Below, one piece after another: positions 18,885 to 29,017 of a stretch of DNA of 64,000 nt. The notes under the pieces were generated by a model. The model had not been told where the DNA came from and did not search any database. It saw only the letters and a program-made list of their open reading frames with translations. The stretch spans positions 3,872,001 to 3,936,000 of the forward strand of contig CBDCKW010000009.1 of the NCBI GenBank assembly GCA_965218435.1, read 5' to 3'. Origin of the DNA: Truepera sp. (GTDB lineage Bacteria > Deinococcota > Deinococci > Deinococcales > Trueperaceae). A program made the translations under genes and the position numbers. Positions within the stretch are counted from its first letter, which is position 1. Each line of letters begins with the position of its first letter.

Positions 18885-19976
18885 CTATGGTACGCGCTCT
18901 GCCGTTAGTACAGCTTTCAACGCTCCGCTGACCTCGCCCACCTGCTCGTCGCGTAAGTTCGGGTAGATCGGAAGCGCCAACAGTTCGCTTGCCGCCGCTC
19001 TCGCATTGGCGCAGTCGCCGTGCGCTTTGCCCTTTAAGGGCGGCAGGTCGGGGAGCGCGTAGGGATAGTACGCCCTGGCCTCAACGCCCCGTTCGTTAAG
19101 ACGCGCCATCGCATCGTCACGTTCACGCACGCGTATGACGTAAAGGTGATAGACCCCACCTGGCTGCGGAACCTTGACCGGCAGGTCAGCTAACAGCGTG
19201 TCGTAGCACCGGGCCAGTTCGCGGCGGCGATCGTTCCACGCGTCTAAATAGGGCAGTTTGACGCTTAAGACGGCGGCTTGCAGGGCGTCGAGCCTCGAGG
19301 TGTACCCCACCGCCTCATGGTAGTAAGGGCGCGTCGTCCCGTGAACGCGCAGCAGCCTCACCTGTTCGGCTACGTGAGCGTGCGGCGTCGTGACGAGGCC
19401 GCCGTCACCGGCTGCGCCCAGGTTTTTAGTTGGATAAAACGAGTAACAGCAGGCGTCGCTCCAGCTGCCGACCGGTTTACCGTCCAAGGTTGCGCCGACG
19501 GCTTGCGCCGCGTCTTCGACGACCTTAAGATCATACTTTCGGGCAAGTTCAGCCAGCGCGGGTATATCGGCGGGCAGGCCGTAGAGATGCACCGGCAAGA
19601 GGGCTTTCGTGCGCGGCGTCAGCGCGGCCTCAGCAGCTTCGGCGGACAAGGTGAACGTACCAGGGTCAACGTCTACTAGCACTGGTTCTGCGCCGACCAA
19701 GAGCACCGCTTCGGCCGAGGCGTAAAACGACAACGCCGGGACGATCACCTCGTCACCGGGGCCGATACCCAGCGCACGGAGTGCAAGCACCAGCGCGTCC
19801 GTGCCCGACCCGACGCCGACTGCGTGAGCCGAATTCGTATAGGCGGCAAACTCCGCTTCAAACCGGGCGACCCGCTCGCCCAAGACGAACTGACCGGTGC
19901 GGAGGGTGTCTAAGACAGTGGCCTCGAGCTTTTCCTGGACCTCAACCGGCAGCGCAAGGTCAAACAGCCGAATCAT
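18885..19976 (-). CDS. DegT/DnrJ/EryC1/StrS family PLP aminotransferase
   Basis: GSGTDAL, PVHLYG, EDAAQA and SFYPTKNLGA.GDGG. Confidence 0.95.
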   Translation of the reverse strand: MIRLFDLALPVEVQEKLEATVLDTLRTGQFVLGERVARFEAEFAAYTNSAHAVGVGSGTDALVLALRALGIGPGDEVIVPALSFYASAEAVLLVGAEPVLVDVDPGTFTLSAEAAEAALTPRTKALLPVHLYGLPADIPALAELARKYDLKVVEDAAQAVGATLDGKPVGSWSDACCYSFYPTKNLGAAGDGGLVTTPHAHVAEQVRLLRVHGTTRPYYHEAVGYTSRLDALQAAVLSVKLPYLDAWNDRRRELARCYDTLLADLPVKVPQPGGVYHLYVIRVRERDDAMARLNERGVEARAYYPYALPDLPPLKGKAHGDCANARAAASELLALPIYPNLRDEQVGEVSGALKAVLTAERVP

Positions 19977-20854
19977 GAACCCCGGCCGCCTCGCCGCCGC
20001 GTCGCGGCGATGACCGTATTTTGCATCAGCATCGCCACCGTCATCGGTCCGACGCCGCCCGGAACCGGCGTCAAGTAACCGGCGACCTCGGTCACGTCAG
20101 CTGCAACGTCGCCGCGCAAGGCCCAACCGGATTTTTTACCGGCGTCCTCTACACGAGTGATGCCCACATCGAGCACGACAGCGCCGGGTTTAACCATCTC
20201 CGGCGTAATCAAACCCACTCGCCCGACGGCTGCGACTAAGATGTCGGCTTCGGCGGTTAGCGCAGCGAGATCGCGCGTCTTCGAGTGCGCCACCGTCACC
20301 GTCGCGTCCCGCTGCAAAAAGAGCGCCGCTGCCGGTTTGCCCACCAGCGATGAGCGCCCCACGATCACAACTCGTTTGCCCGCTATCTTCAACTTGTAAA
20401 AGTCCATGATCCGGATGAGCCCTGCCGGAGTACACGGCACGAGGGCGCGGCCCCCGTTCCAGAGCCGCCCGACGTTGACCGGATGAAAGCCGTCTACGTC
20501 TTTGGCCGGGTTGATCGCCTCTTGCACCACGCGAATATCGAGGTGCGGCGGCAAGGGGTCTTGCACCAAAATACCGTCAACCTCGGGGTCGTCGTTTAGC
20601 TCCCTCACACGCGCGAGCAGGTCGTTTTGTGCGGTCATCTCGTCTAAGACGACAACTTGTGACCTGAGCCCAAGCTGTGTCGCGGCGCGGTCTTTACCGC
20701 GCACATACGCTACACTCGCCGGGTCTTCACCGACGCGAACTACGACGAGCTGCGGCGCGAAGGGGAGCGTCTGCAGCGTCTCTTTAAGTTCAGCGGTGAC
20801 GCTTGCCGCGACCTCTTTACCGTCTAAACGCTCAGCTATATTCTTTTCAGGCAC
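19973..20854 (-). CDS. folD: Bifunctional methylenetetrahydrofolate dehydrogenase/cyclohydrolase
   Basis: KDVDGFHP, PCTP, GRS.LVGKP and TPVPGGVGPMTVAML. Confidence 0.97.
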   Translation of the reverse strand: MPEKNIAERLDGKEVAASVTAELKETLQTLPFAPQLVVVRVGEDPASVAYVRGKDRAATQLGLRSQVVVLDEMTAQNDLLARVRELNDDPEVDGILVQDPLPPHLDIRVVQEAINPAKDVDGFHPVNVGRLWNGGRALVPCTPAGLIRIMDFYKLKIAGKRVVIVGRSSLVGKPAAALFLQRDATVTVAHSKTRDLAALTAEADILVAAVGRVGLITPEMVKPGAVVLDVGITRVEDAGKKSGWALRGDVAADVTEVAGYLTPVPGGVGPMTVAMLMQNTVIAATRRRGGRGS

Positions 20855-20855
20855 G

Positions 20856-21326
20856 CTAACCCTCCGTTACCGATTCGGGATTGTAAACACCTTCACGGTG
20901 CAGCTTCGCCAACACGCCGTTGACAAAACGCCCCGATTCTTCGCCGCCGTAGCGTTTGGCAATCCGCACGGCAACTTCGAACGTGACTTCGGGCGGCAGG
21001 TCTTCATAGGTCATTTCAGTGAGGGCCAGCCGCAGCACGGCGAGGTCGGTTTGCGACATCTGCGAGAAGGTCCACCCCTCGAGCCCCCGCGCCAACCTTC
21101 CGTCAAGCTCGGCTTGGTGTTCGGCGAACGTCCGCACCAGCCGGTCGGCAAAGGCTGCGCCGTCGGCGTCCAAGCCTTCACCGTAAACTTCGGCAGCTTC
21201 GCCGGGGGTCTGTTCGGTCAGGTCGTCGCGGATACTCTGCCACACGTCTAACAGTGGTTCGTCGCCCCGTTCAGCTTGAAACAGGGCGCGAAACGCCAGC
21301 TCTCTGGCTCGCCGTCTAGAGGCCAT
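20856..21326 (-). CDS. nusB: Transcription antitermination factor NusB
   Basis: RRRARELAF.ALFQ, D.AVLRLA and FVNGVLAKL. Confidence 0.95.
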   Translation of the reverse strand: MASRRRARELAFRALFQAERGDEPLLDVWQSIRDDLTEQTPGEAAEVYGEGLDADGAAFADRLVRTFAEHQAELDGRLARGLEGWTFSQMSQTDLAVLRLALTEMTYEDLPPEVTFEVAVRIAKRYGGEESGRFVNGVLAKLHREGVYNPESVTEG

Positions 21327-21478
21327 AATTAGCAGGTATACCCTGGGGGCATACCCTTAGGGGGCACAGGCATGTCATCTGGTCGGTAAGGCCCTCCGTC
21401 ATTATTCTGCTGACCCACATACACGTTCTAGAATATTGCCTGTATTGGTCTGAAAAAATGCTACTACATTCACTTGGT

Positions 21479-22816
21479 TTATCCCTGCATTCGTTTGGCG
21501 ATAAAGGTGGTGTACACGGCCCCGCGCTGATAAAAGGCGTTGTCGAGGACGCGCAGGTGAAAGGGAATGGTGGTTTTGATACCTTCCAATACAGTTTCAG
21601 TCAAGGCGCGTTTCATCCGGGCAATGGCCTCTTCACGGGTCGGAGCCCAGGCGATGATCTTGGCCACCAGCGAGTCATAGTTGGGCGGAATCCGGTAACC
21701 TGAATAGACGTGCGAATCTACCCGGATGCCGGGGCCACCAGGCCAGTGTACGTCGGTTACGGTACCCGCTGAAGGCCGAAAATCGTGGTCGGGGTCTTCG
21801 GCATTGACGCGCACTTCGATGGCGTGACCGGAAACCTGCACCTCATCTTGAGCGAGCGACAACCCCTGCCCCGCCGCCACGCGAAACTGTTCGTGAACCA
21901 AGTCAAAACGCGTGACCATCTCGGTGACAGGATGCTCGACCTGAATCCGGGTATTCATCTCGGAAAAATAAAATGAGCCGTCCCGGTCAACCAAAAACTC
22001 GCAGGTGCCGGCACCCCGGTAGTTGATGTGTTTGGCTAGGCGGACGGCGGCGTCGGCAATCTCGAGCCTTAACCCTTCATCCAAGGTGCTGGGGGCTTCT
22101 TCTAAAAGTTTCTGGTACCGCCTTTGAATCGAACAGTCGCGGTCGAAAAAATGAATGGCGTTGCCCTCACCGTCGCCAAAGACCTGAATCTCGACGTGGC
22201 GCGGCTCTTCTAAAAATTTCTCCATATACATCTCGCCGTTGCCGAAGGCTGCTTTTGCCTCTTCTTGCGCGTTGGTCAGGTTGCGCTGCAACTCGTCTTC
22301 AGCGCGGACGATCCGCATCCCGCGCCCGCCACCCCCGGCAGACGCTTTTAAGATCATCGGGTAGCCAATCTGTAAGGCAAAGTCCCTGGCTTCCTCAAAC
22401 GATGCCAATGCGCCCGACCCCGGTACGACCGGGACGCTGCTCTCTTGCGCCACCCGGCGGGCGCTCGCCTTATCACCGATCGCGCGGATATTCCCCGGAC
22501 GGGGGCCGATAAAGGTAATGCCGTGCTCTTCGCACTTTTGGGCAAATTCAGCGTTTTCGCTCAGGAAGCCGTAGCCGGGATGAATCGCCTCTGCGCCGGT
22601 GACGAGCGCCGCTGAGAGCAGGTTGCGTACATTCAAATACGACCCTGAAGACGCCGCCGGACCGACACAGATAGACTCATCGGCTAACAAGACCGGCAGC
22701 GAATTCTCATCGGCTTCCGAATACGCTTGCACCGCCGTCACACCGAGTTCGCGGGCCGCGCGGAGGACACGCAGGGCGATCTCGCCACGGTTGGCGATCA
22801 GAATTTTCTTAAACAT
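21479..22816 (-). CDS. accC: Acetyl-CoA carboxylase biotin carboxylase
   Basis: ILIANRGEIA, IHPGYGFLSEN, GGGGRGM and EMNTRIQVEHPVTE. Confidence 0.97.
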   Translation of the reverse strand: MFKKILIANRGEIALRVLRAARELGVTAVQAYSEADENSLPVLLADESICVGPAASSGSYLNVRNLLSAALVTGAEAIHPGYGFLSENAEFAQKCEEHGITFIGPRPGNIRAIGDKASARRVAQESSVPVVPGSGALASFEEARDFALQIGYPMILKASAGGGGRGMRIVRAEDELQRNLTNAQEEAKAAFGNGEMYMEKFLEEPRHVEIQVFGDGEGNAIHFFDRDCSIQRRYQKLLEEAPSTLDEGLRLEIADAAVRLAKHINYRGAGTCEFLVDRDGSFYFSEMNTRIQVEHPVTEMVTRFDLVHEQFRVAAGQGLSLAQDEVQVSGHAIEVRVNAEDPDHDFRPSAGTVTDVHWPGGPGIRVDSHVYSGYRIPPNYDSLVAKIIAWAPTREEAIARMKRALTETVLEGIKTTIPFHLRVLDNAFYQRGAVYTTFIAKRMQG

Positions 22817-22911
22817 GTGAGACAGTCAGAATCCAGTAGTCAGCATTCAGTTGGGCTTGTACTGAACACTGACTACCGACTACTGACGCCTTTGTTAGTC
22901 GTTTCATCACT

Positions 22912-23403
22912 TCAACCCGGCTCAATCCGAAACAAAGTCTGCCCGTACTCGACCGGCTCTTCGTTTTCGACCAAAATCTCGCGTACAGTGCCCGAAACCT
23001 CGGCTTCAATCTCGTTCATTAGCTTCATCGCCTCGATAATGCACAAGACCGTTCCGGCCTGCACCTTATCGCCAACCTTGACAAAATTGGGCACGTCGGG
23101 GCTCGGCGCAGCGTAGAGCGTGCCGACAATCGGGGCGGTGATCTCGAGCAAATTGCTCTTGTCCTCTTTGGGAGCTTCAGCGGTAGGCGCAGTGGGTGAC
23201 GCAGCTTGTGCGGCTCCCGGTTGAGGGATCGGCGTCGGTGTAGGGTCGGGCGCGGCAGCTTGAGTTTGCGGCGCTGGGGCGGGCGCACTAGGCTCACCAC
23301 CCCGTCGCACGCTCAGCTTGTAGTCGCTGGTCTCAAGCACGAGTTCAGTAATCCCCGACTCTTTGACGGACTCGAGCACCCGTTTTAACTCTTTGGCGTC
23401 CAT
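22912..23403 (-). CDS. accB: Biotin carboxyl carrier protein
   Basis: [13 protein letters not shown] biotinylation motif; Pro/Ala linker. Confidence 0.97.
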   Translation of the reverse strand: MDAKELKRVLESVKESGITELVLETSDYKLSVRRGGEPSAPAPAPQTQAAAPDPTPTPIPQPGAAQAASPTAPTAEAPKEDKSNLLEITAPIVGTLYAAPSPDVPNFVKVGDKVQAGTVLCIIEAMKLMNEIEAEVSGTVREILVENEEPVEYGQTLFRIEPG

Positions 23404-23407
23404 GCGT

Positions 23408-23965
23408 TTAGGCGCGGCCTAGATAGTCACCGGTCCGCGTGTCCACCCGGATGGTTTCGCCCTGGTCGATAAAGAGCGGCACGGCGACGGTCGCGCCGGT
23501 CTCCAACACAGCTGGTTTTGAGCCGCCCGACACCGTGTCGCCTTTGACGCCGGGGTCGGTCCGGGTGATGGTCAGCGCCACGACGTTGGGCAAGGTGACC
23601 TTGAGCGCCTTGTCCTGAAAATAATCTACGGTCACCTCCATCGACTCTTTTAAGAACTTGACCGGCGTGCCGATCTGCTGGGCCGTCAGGGTCGGCTGGT
23701 CGAAGGTTTCGGTATCCATAAAGGTGTACACGTCGCCGTCGGTATAGAGGTACTGCATCGTGCGGTAGTCGATAAAGATGTCTTGCAGTTTTTCACCCGA
23801 GTTAAAGGTGCGCTCGACGATCGAGCCGGTTTCCATATTGCGAAACTTGGTCACGACTTTCGCCCCGCCGCGTCCCATTTTCAGGTGCGAATACTCTAAG
23901 CACTCCCAGAGCCCGCCGTCCATCTCAACTTTGGTGCCGTTACGCAGTTCGGTTACACTAATCAT
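23408..23965 (-). CDS. efp: Translation elongation factor P
   Basis: [16 protein letters not shown] and [12 protein letters not shown]. Confidence 0.97.
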   Translation of the reverse strand: MISVTELRNGTKVEMDGGLWECLEYSHLKMGRGGAKVVTKFRNMETGSIVERTFNSGEKLQDIFIDYRTMQYLYTDGDVYTFMDTETFDQPTLTAQQIGTPVKFLKESMEVTVDYFQDKALKVTLPNVVALTITRTDPGVKGDTVSGGSKPAVLETGATVAVPLFIDQGETIRVDTRTGDYLGRA

Positions 23966-24121
23966 GATTCCTCCGTTGCTTTACAGATCATTTTTACCTT
24001 TGGTCGCTACCTGGTCCGGGTGAGGGGCGTACACCCCGCTGCAGGGTGACTGCGCCGCCAAACGCTATCAAATTAGTTTAACACCCGCGTCAATTACGCT
24101 GCTCTAAGGCTGCGCTACAGC

Positions 24122-25030
24122 CTAAAGGTCTAAAAACGTACCGTTTAAGCCGGATTCGGCGACGTAACCGGCGAGTTCAGCGGGGCTTAAAAGTTTCCCC
24201 CCGGTGACGGCGATAAAGGCGGCCTCGAGCACATTTGTTGCCACGCTGCGGCCACTCAACCGGGGCGTTGTCGTCGCTAAGAGTGCTGCCCCACGCTGCT
24301 GTAGAAGTTGGGTGTCGTCTTGCGTCGTTGTGTTCGTTAAGATAATTTTACCGTCCAAACGCTCCGGCAAATAGCGGCGGATAAAATGCCAATCCCCGGC
24401 AATCACGTCAGCCTCGCCGTAAACCTTTTTGTAAAAAGGGCTTAGCGTTTTGCCCTGGTTTTGTGCGTCTCCGGTGGGGTAGAGCAGGCTGATAGGCAGT
24501 TTTGTAATCACCGGCAAAAGTGCTGCTGCCAGCACCCGCAACTGACGCACGCCGTAGATGAGTTTAGGAATACCGAGCGCAAACGCCAAATCACCAAAAC
24601 TTACGTTTGCGCCGGTTTGAGTCAAAGCCTCCGCCATCCCGAAACGGTCTACGGCTGAAACCATCAGTACCCTTTTTCCCGAAAGCGGTACCCGGCAGTT
24701 CAGTTCTTGCACCACGCGGCGCTCGAGGCTCCCCTTAAGCCCTGCCCCACAGACAACCGGTGTCGTCTTCGCCTGCGCCGCGAGCCGCGCCGCCTGCCGG
24801 AGCGTATAGCGCCTCTCACCCACGTAAAAATAAAGGTCTAACCCGCCCAGCCCGATGGCGTCTATCAGCCCGTGAACGCCCGCGTCAAGCTCATGAATGA
24901 GCGCCGCCGCCCGCTTGACGTTACCGTCTGTCCCGAGCCGCCGCACCGAGACTTCTTGACCTAAAAGGATGAGCGTTTCTGCAAAGTCACGTTTGGAAGA
25001 GCCTAGCGAGACGCTGACAACGTGTTTCAC
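24122..25030 (-). CDS. Conserved protein commonly annotated as quinate 5-dehydrogenase-like
   Basis: VVSVSLGSSKRD, GTDG, AIGLGG.DLY, VDRFGMAEAL and TNTTT motifs; function unproven. Confidence 0.75.
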   Translation of the reverse strand: MKHVVSVSLGSSKRDFAETLILLGQEVSVRRLGTDGNVKRAAALIHELDAGVHGLIDAIGLGGLDLYFYVGERRYTLRQAARLAAQAKTTPVVCGAGLKGSLERRVVQELNCRVPLSGKRVLMVSAVDRFGMAEALTQTGANVSFGDLAFALGIPKLIYGVRQLRVLAAALLPVITKLPISLLYPTGDAQNQGKTLSPFYKKVYGEADVIAGDWHFIRRYLPERLDGKIILTNTTTQDDTQLLQQRGAALLATTTPRLSGRSVATNVLEAAFIAVTGGKLLSPAELAGYVAESGLNGTFLDL

Positions 25031-25190
25031 GGCCCTGAGTCTACCCTAATGTCCGAACAAGCGATAGTTTTGAGGTTGGCCTAAAGCTTAAGTAAGAGCG
25101 TGTAGCAACCAAAGGTTTTTAAGCGGTGTTATTCGGAGCTCGAGTCACGCAGTCGCATCTTTATCGTGAAGCATTCTGGGAAGGAGTGTC

Positions 25191-26186
25191 TCATAATTGA
25201 AACAACACCTCTGATGGCCGCCATCCCACAGCGTACTCGTCAGCTCTTCGCAACCACTCAGCTATTCGGTACTCCGGGGGCACAGACTTTTCCCAGTATT
25301 CCACAAACAGCTCATCGTCCATGCGCTGCGCCGCGTCTAGCATTTCTTGTTCGATGTCCATAACCGAGCGCATGATGTAGATTCCGCCGCGCGTCTGGTC
25401 AGAACGCATAGCTACACTTCCCGCAGAGAACAAATCACGCGCCTGATGGCACAGTACCCCGTGATAGGTGAGCATAAAAAGTACCACGTCATCGTACTTA
25501 TCCCGTTGCCTACTACCTTTAAGAATCTCAGGACATAACAAGACGCCCTCAGCCCTCAGCTTTCTTTTTTCTCCGATTGGCAGCTTGGTATAGAGGCGTG
25601 CTTGAATGGGCAGCGTGTGTTCTTGTTCCTCACTATCCTCTAGCCACCAAAGACGTTCACCGGGTTTGAGACGGCCCCGTGCGTAATTCCGGATATGACC
25701 CATCTTTTCGTGGATAGAGAGTTTACGGAACTCGTTGTAATCAATCCCGAATTTTGCGAAGAGCGGCTCTTTTGCGCCTATCTCCAACTCAAAACGCGGC
25801 ACATGGCTCGTTCTGACATGCATAACGCTATTTTCGTATTCATCCCAGCGTACTTCTGGGGTTCCTCCCATCTTGCCAAAAACCACATATACATACTTAA
25901 CGTTGTCATCACGGCGAGATTCCAAAACGCTGTTTGCAACAGAGCGCCAAGCGTCCTTCGTCGTATGTTTGACCTCAACGCCGTACTCGCCCATCGAAAT
26001 ATCAGGGAAAGCGTGTGGGTGAGGGTCGTAATCAACCTCTATACCGTGAGGCTTGACGTAGATTTCTAAAAAATGCCTAACCCGGTTTTCAAATCCTTTT
26101 GAGTCCTCATAGGGTGATACAAGAGCCTCGTTTGTCAGATCACTACAAACTTGCGTCAGAATTGCTTCGAATTTCGTTTTCTCCAT
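25191..26186 (-). CDS. Putative Type II restriction endonuclease (PD-(D/E)XK)
   Basis: FPDI...GVEVK motif; overlaps the C5-MTase gene; more AT-rich than its flanks. Confidence 0.8.
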   Translation of the reverse strand: MEKTKFEAILTQVCSDLTNEALVSPYEDSKGFENRVRHFLEIYVKPHGIEVDYDPHPHAFPDISMGEYGVEVKHTTKDAWRSVANSVLESRRDDNVKYVYVVFGKMGGTPEVRWDEYENSVMHVRTSHVPRFELEIGAKEPLFAKFGIDYNEFRKLSIHEKMGHIRNYARGRLKPGERLWWLEDSEEQEHTLPIQARLYTKLPIGEKRKLRAEGVLLCPEILKGSRQRDKYDDVVLFMLTYHGVLCHQARDLFSAGSVAMRSDQTRGGIYIMRSVMDIEQEMLDAAQRMDDELFVEYWEKSVPPEYRIAEWLRRADEYAVGWRPSEVLFQL

Positions 26187-27273
26187 TAAGGCAGTTTGAC
26201 ACAGCTCGAGCTATATGCCACGCCAAAACCGGAGGGACAGCGTTCCCGATCTGCCTCTCAGATTCTCTTAGAGCAGCCTTAAAGATGAAGTCATCCGGAA
26301 AAGATTGAATTCTTGCGGCTTCTCGCATTGACATCCTCCGCAACAATTTATAGTGAAAATGCGAGTTTCCATGCCACTCAGCGCGCACGGTATAACCGGG
26401 TCGTGAAGCTACAAGCTTTCTGTTGCCCTGATCGGGCGACACGGCGGCCAAACTCCAAACATGGTTGTTCTCGGGATTTCGCTCCCATCCCTCTAGGTCG
26501 CCTATAGCCTCTTCCGCAGTAATCCAAGATTCTTGACCCAGTGCCGGTACTGGTTTTTCAAAAGGTTTGACGCTAGGAAGACGGCCAACAATAAATACGC
26601 GCTCTCTAGTCTGCGGCACCTCGTAATTAGCAGCGTTGTATAGCGAATGGGTAACGTTGTAACCAAGAGCCGCGAAATCCTCGGTTATTTGGTTGAACGA
26701 TTCAGTATGGTTGCCGTGGGTAAGTGCTCTAACGTTCTCGACGACAAAAACGCTGGGACGGACACGCTTAACCGCCTCAACCATCGCTCTATAGAGGCCG
26801 CTACGCAAACCTTGAATACCTGCGCCTTTGCCATTTACAGAAATGTCCTGACAAGGAAACCCGCCGATAACCAAATCTGCGCTTTCAGGTAGGGAATGCA
26901 GATACTCCCACACGTCGCCCTCGTGAATACCTTCGTCAAGATTAGCTCTATAAGTAGCGCACGCCTTTGCGTTCAGTTCGTTTGCCCAGACGATTTTGTA
27001 TGGGTTCTGCTCATAATGTCTTCCGAGAAAGGTAAAATTGCCGCGAAAACCCAAATCCATCCCACCGGCACCAGAAAACATTGACACTACGGTAAATATC
27101 TTCTGCGGCTCATGGGTTTGTGTGGCGTTTAGAGGTGTTTGTTGACTCGAGCTATCGTTTAAGGTTTCGAAAAGTGGCCCACTGTAGGCGCTGTGGGGTC
27201 GCTCCTGCACCTCATCCACTTCCAACAAAGCCGCTTCCGAGCGTCGTTTTGAGTTCGTCATGTCGCTTTGCAT
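26143..27273 (-). CDS. DNA (cytosine-5)-methyltransferase
   Basis: Motifs I FSGAGG, IV GGFPCQ, VI ENV, VIII QTRERV, IX REAARIQSFP and X QIGNAVPP. Confidence 0.96.
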   Translation of the reverse strand: MQSDMTNSKRRSEAALLEVDEVQERPHSAYSGPLFETLNDSSSQQTPLNATQTHEPQKIFTVVSMFSGAGGMDLGFRGNFTFLGRHYEQNPYKIVWANELNAKACATYRANLDEGIHEGDVWEYLHSLPESADLVIGGFPCQDISVNGKGAGIQGLRSGLYRAMVEAVKRVRPSVFVVENVRALTHGNHTESFNQITEDFAALGYNVTHSLYNAANYEVPQTRERVFIVGRLPSVKPFEKPVPALGQESWITAEEAIGDLEGWERNPENNHVWSLAAVSPDQGNRKLVASRPGYTVRAEWHGNSHFHYKLLRRMSMREAARIQSFPDDFIFKAALRESERQIGNAVPPVLAWHIARAVSNCLNGENEIRSNSDASL

Positions 27274-27324
27274 CCCCTAGTTTGTATCATGACAGCCAGC
27301 TTAACACAATAACTTACGCTAGCG

Positions 27325-27549
27325 TTAGCTTTTACTTGGGGGTCTGCCTGTTTTCTTTCTCGGCTTATCCGCAAAGGCTTCTACGTCTTCACGGACAAAG
27401 AGATGGTCACGTCCGCGCTTGTGCGATTTAAGCCTCTCAGAGTTAGCGAGCTGCCTTACTCGAGCTTCTGAAACTCGCAACAGAGCCGCTACTTCTTTTG
27501 TAGTCAGATACTCATCGCTCACTACATCAATTATAGAGGTTGAGTTCAT
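27325..27549 (-). CDS. Excisionase-like HTH (HTH_17) DNA-binding protein, possible R-M controller
   Basis: YLTTKEVAALLRVSEARVRQL...LKSHKRGRDHLF plus basic tail RKKTGRPPSK; start codon uncertain. Confidence 0.75.
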   Translation of the reverse strand: MNSTSIIDVVSDEYLTTKEVAALLRVSEARVRQLANSERLKSHKRGRDHLFVREDVEAFADKPRKKTGRPPSKS

Positions 27550-27638
27550 ACTGACTATGGGTAGGTTCTGGGAGCTGCTCTGCGCCTGAGGATTTTTGTA
27601 TGTGGTCAAGATGGCTGATCGAAACGATAGAATAGAAA

Positions 27639-27740
27639 AGCCCCGCCAGTATTCAGCGGCACCTGACGATCACCCCTTATGGCTGCTTCTTCCGACCTGA
27701 CCAGGTTCGAGGGTCGCCACCGCGCTGAGCCGACGGAGCG
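27639..27740 (-). ncRNA. ffs: Small signal recognition particle RNA (4.5S)
   Basis: Minus strand GCTCCGTCGG...GGTCAGGTCGGAAGAAGCAGCC...CTGGCGGGGCT: SRP domain IV core within one long hairpin. Confidence 0.9.
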
Positions 27741-28153
27741 AACCGTAGGTTAGCACAGCAAAGTAGACCGCTGCAAATCTAGGTGACGCCAACACACAAA
27801 ACTTTTACGGGGCAAAAAGCGGCTTGCGTGTATGGACCGCAAAGCCTTGAGTCGCTACTTCGGAAAACCGAGCCTACGTGAAAAGCTTACGGGCGACGCG
27901 GCTGATGGCGGTAGTCAGGGATTGGCCGTAACCCTGCAGACGCCCGCCACAGCTGCACCGTGCTCTATGTGCCGCGCGAGTTTTCGCGTCCGCTACCCGA
28001 GACAGTGACTTTGGGGACCGACTCGTCGGCTTTTGGATGCCGGTGACGGCACCATCACGCTCGCCTGTCCCGCAAACGAAGCACTCTCGGCCCGGTCGCT
28101 GAGCTTGCCTAATACTTTGCGGACGCCCCGAGCAAGCTGCTAGGCTGGCCCGT

Positions 28154-29017
28154 ATGACTTTAGCCACCGCGTTTGACGTGACGAAAAAAGCACTCCAAGG
28201 GTTTGGCAAACACGAGATGACGACCTACGCGGCGGCCTTGTCGTATCAAGTCTTTTTCTCTCTCTTTCCGTTTCTCATCTTTTTGATCTCACTGCTCGGT
28301 TTTTTAGGGATTCCTGAGTTTTTTAGCTGGTTGCAGCAGCAGGTAACAAACATCGTTCCGGCTCAAGCCGCGCAACAGGTCAATACAGTCATCAGTCAGT
28401 TACAGCAGCCGCAGGGCGGTCTGCTCTCGTTTGGGATTGTCTTGGCGCTCTGGTCGGCTTCGGCGGCGGTGCGGGCGGTGATGAACGCCATCAACACCGC
28501 CTACGAGGTCAAAGAGGGACGTCCGACGTGGAAACTCTACTCTTTGTCGCTGCTGTACACGCTCGGGCTGGCGCTGCTTTTAATCCTTTCCGCCGCGCTG
28601 ATGATTCTAGGGCCGCAAGCGGTCACGTGGCTGGGCGTACGACTCGGACTCGGCGGTGTGGTCGTCACCTTATGGAACATCTTGCGTTTGCCACTTCTAA
28701 TTCTGCTCCTGACGCTGAGTGTCGCGCTTATCTACTATTTTACGCCCGACGTGCAGCAGCGGTTTCGGCTGATTACGCCCGGTACGGTGGTGGCGGTGGT
28801 CGTTTGGCTGTTAGCGTCGCTCGGGTTTAGCCTCTACGTGCAAAACTTCGCCAACTACAACGCGACCTACGGCAGTTTGGGGGCGATTATCATCTTGCTC
28901 TTTTACTTTTACCTCTCGGCGGCCATTTTGCTCTTCGGCGCGGAGTTAAACGCGGTGCTCGAGGACCGCCGCACCGACGGCAAAAACCTGGGCGAAAAAA
29001 CGTTGCCGAACGCATGA
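28154..29017 (+). CDS. YihY/BrkB family membrane protein
   Basis: AAALSY..FFSLFP, YN.TYGSLG and LLFGAELNA. Confidence 0.93.
   Translation: MTLATAFDVTKKALQGFGKHEMTTYAAALSYQVFFSLFPFLIFLISLLGFLGIPEFFSWLQQQVTNIVPAQAAQQVNTVISQLQQPQGGLLSFGIVLALWSASAAVRAVMNAINTAYEVKEGRPTWKLYSLSLLYTLGLALLLILSAALMILGPQAVTWLGVRLGLGGVVVTLWNILRLPLLILLLTLSVALIYYFTPDVQQRFRLITPGTVVAVVVWLLASLGFSLYVQNFANYNATYGSLGAIIILLFYFYLSAAILLFGAELNAVLEDRRTDGKNLGEKTLPNA

Noticed and set aside
20502..21251. 249-aa plus-strand ORF
   Set aside because: Antisense shadow of folD and nusB, like most of the short overlapping ORFs in this GC-rich sequence.
25052..25137. TCCGAACAA/TTATTCGGA inverted repeat at the end of the R-M module
   Set aside because: An 8-of-9 match is too short to call a MITE or island boundary.
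26143..27273. C5-MTase as the cause of CTCGAG iteration
   Set aside because: Its specificity is not readable, and it looks recently acquired whereas the iteration spans the whole window.
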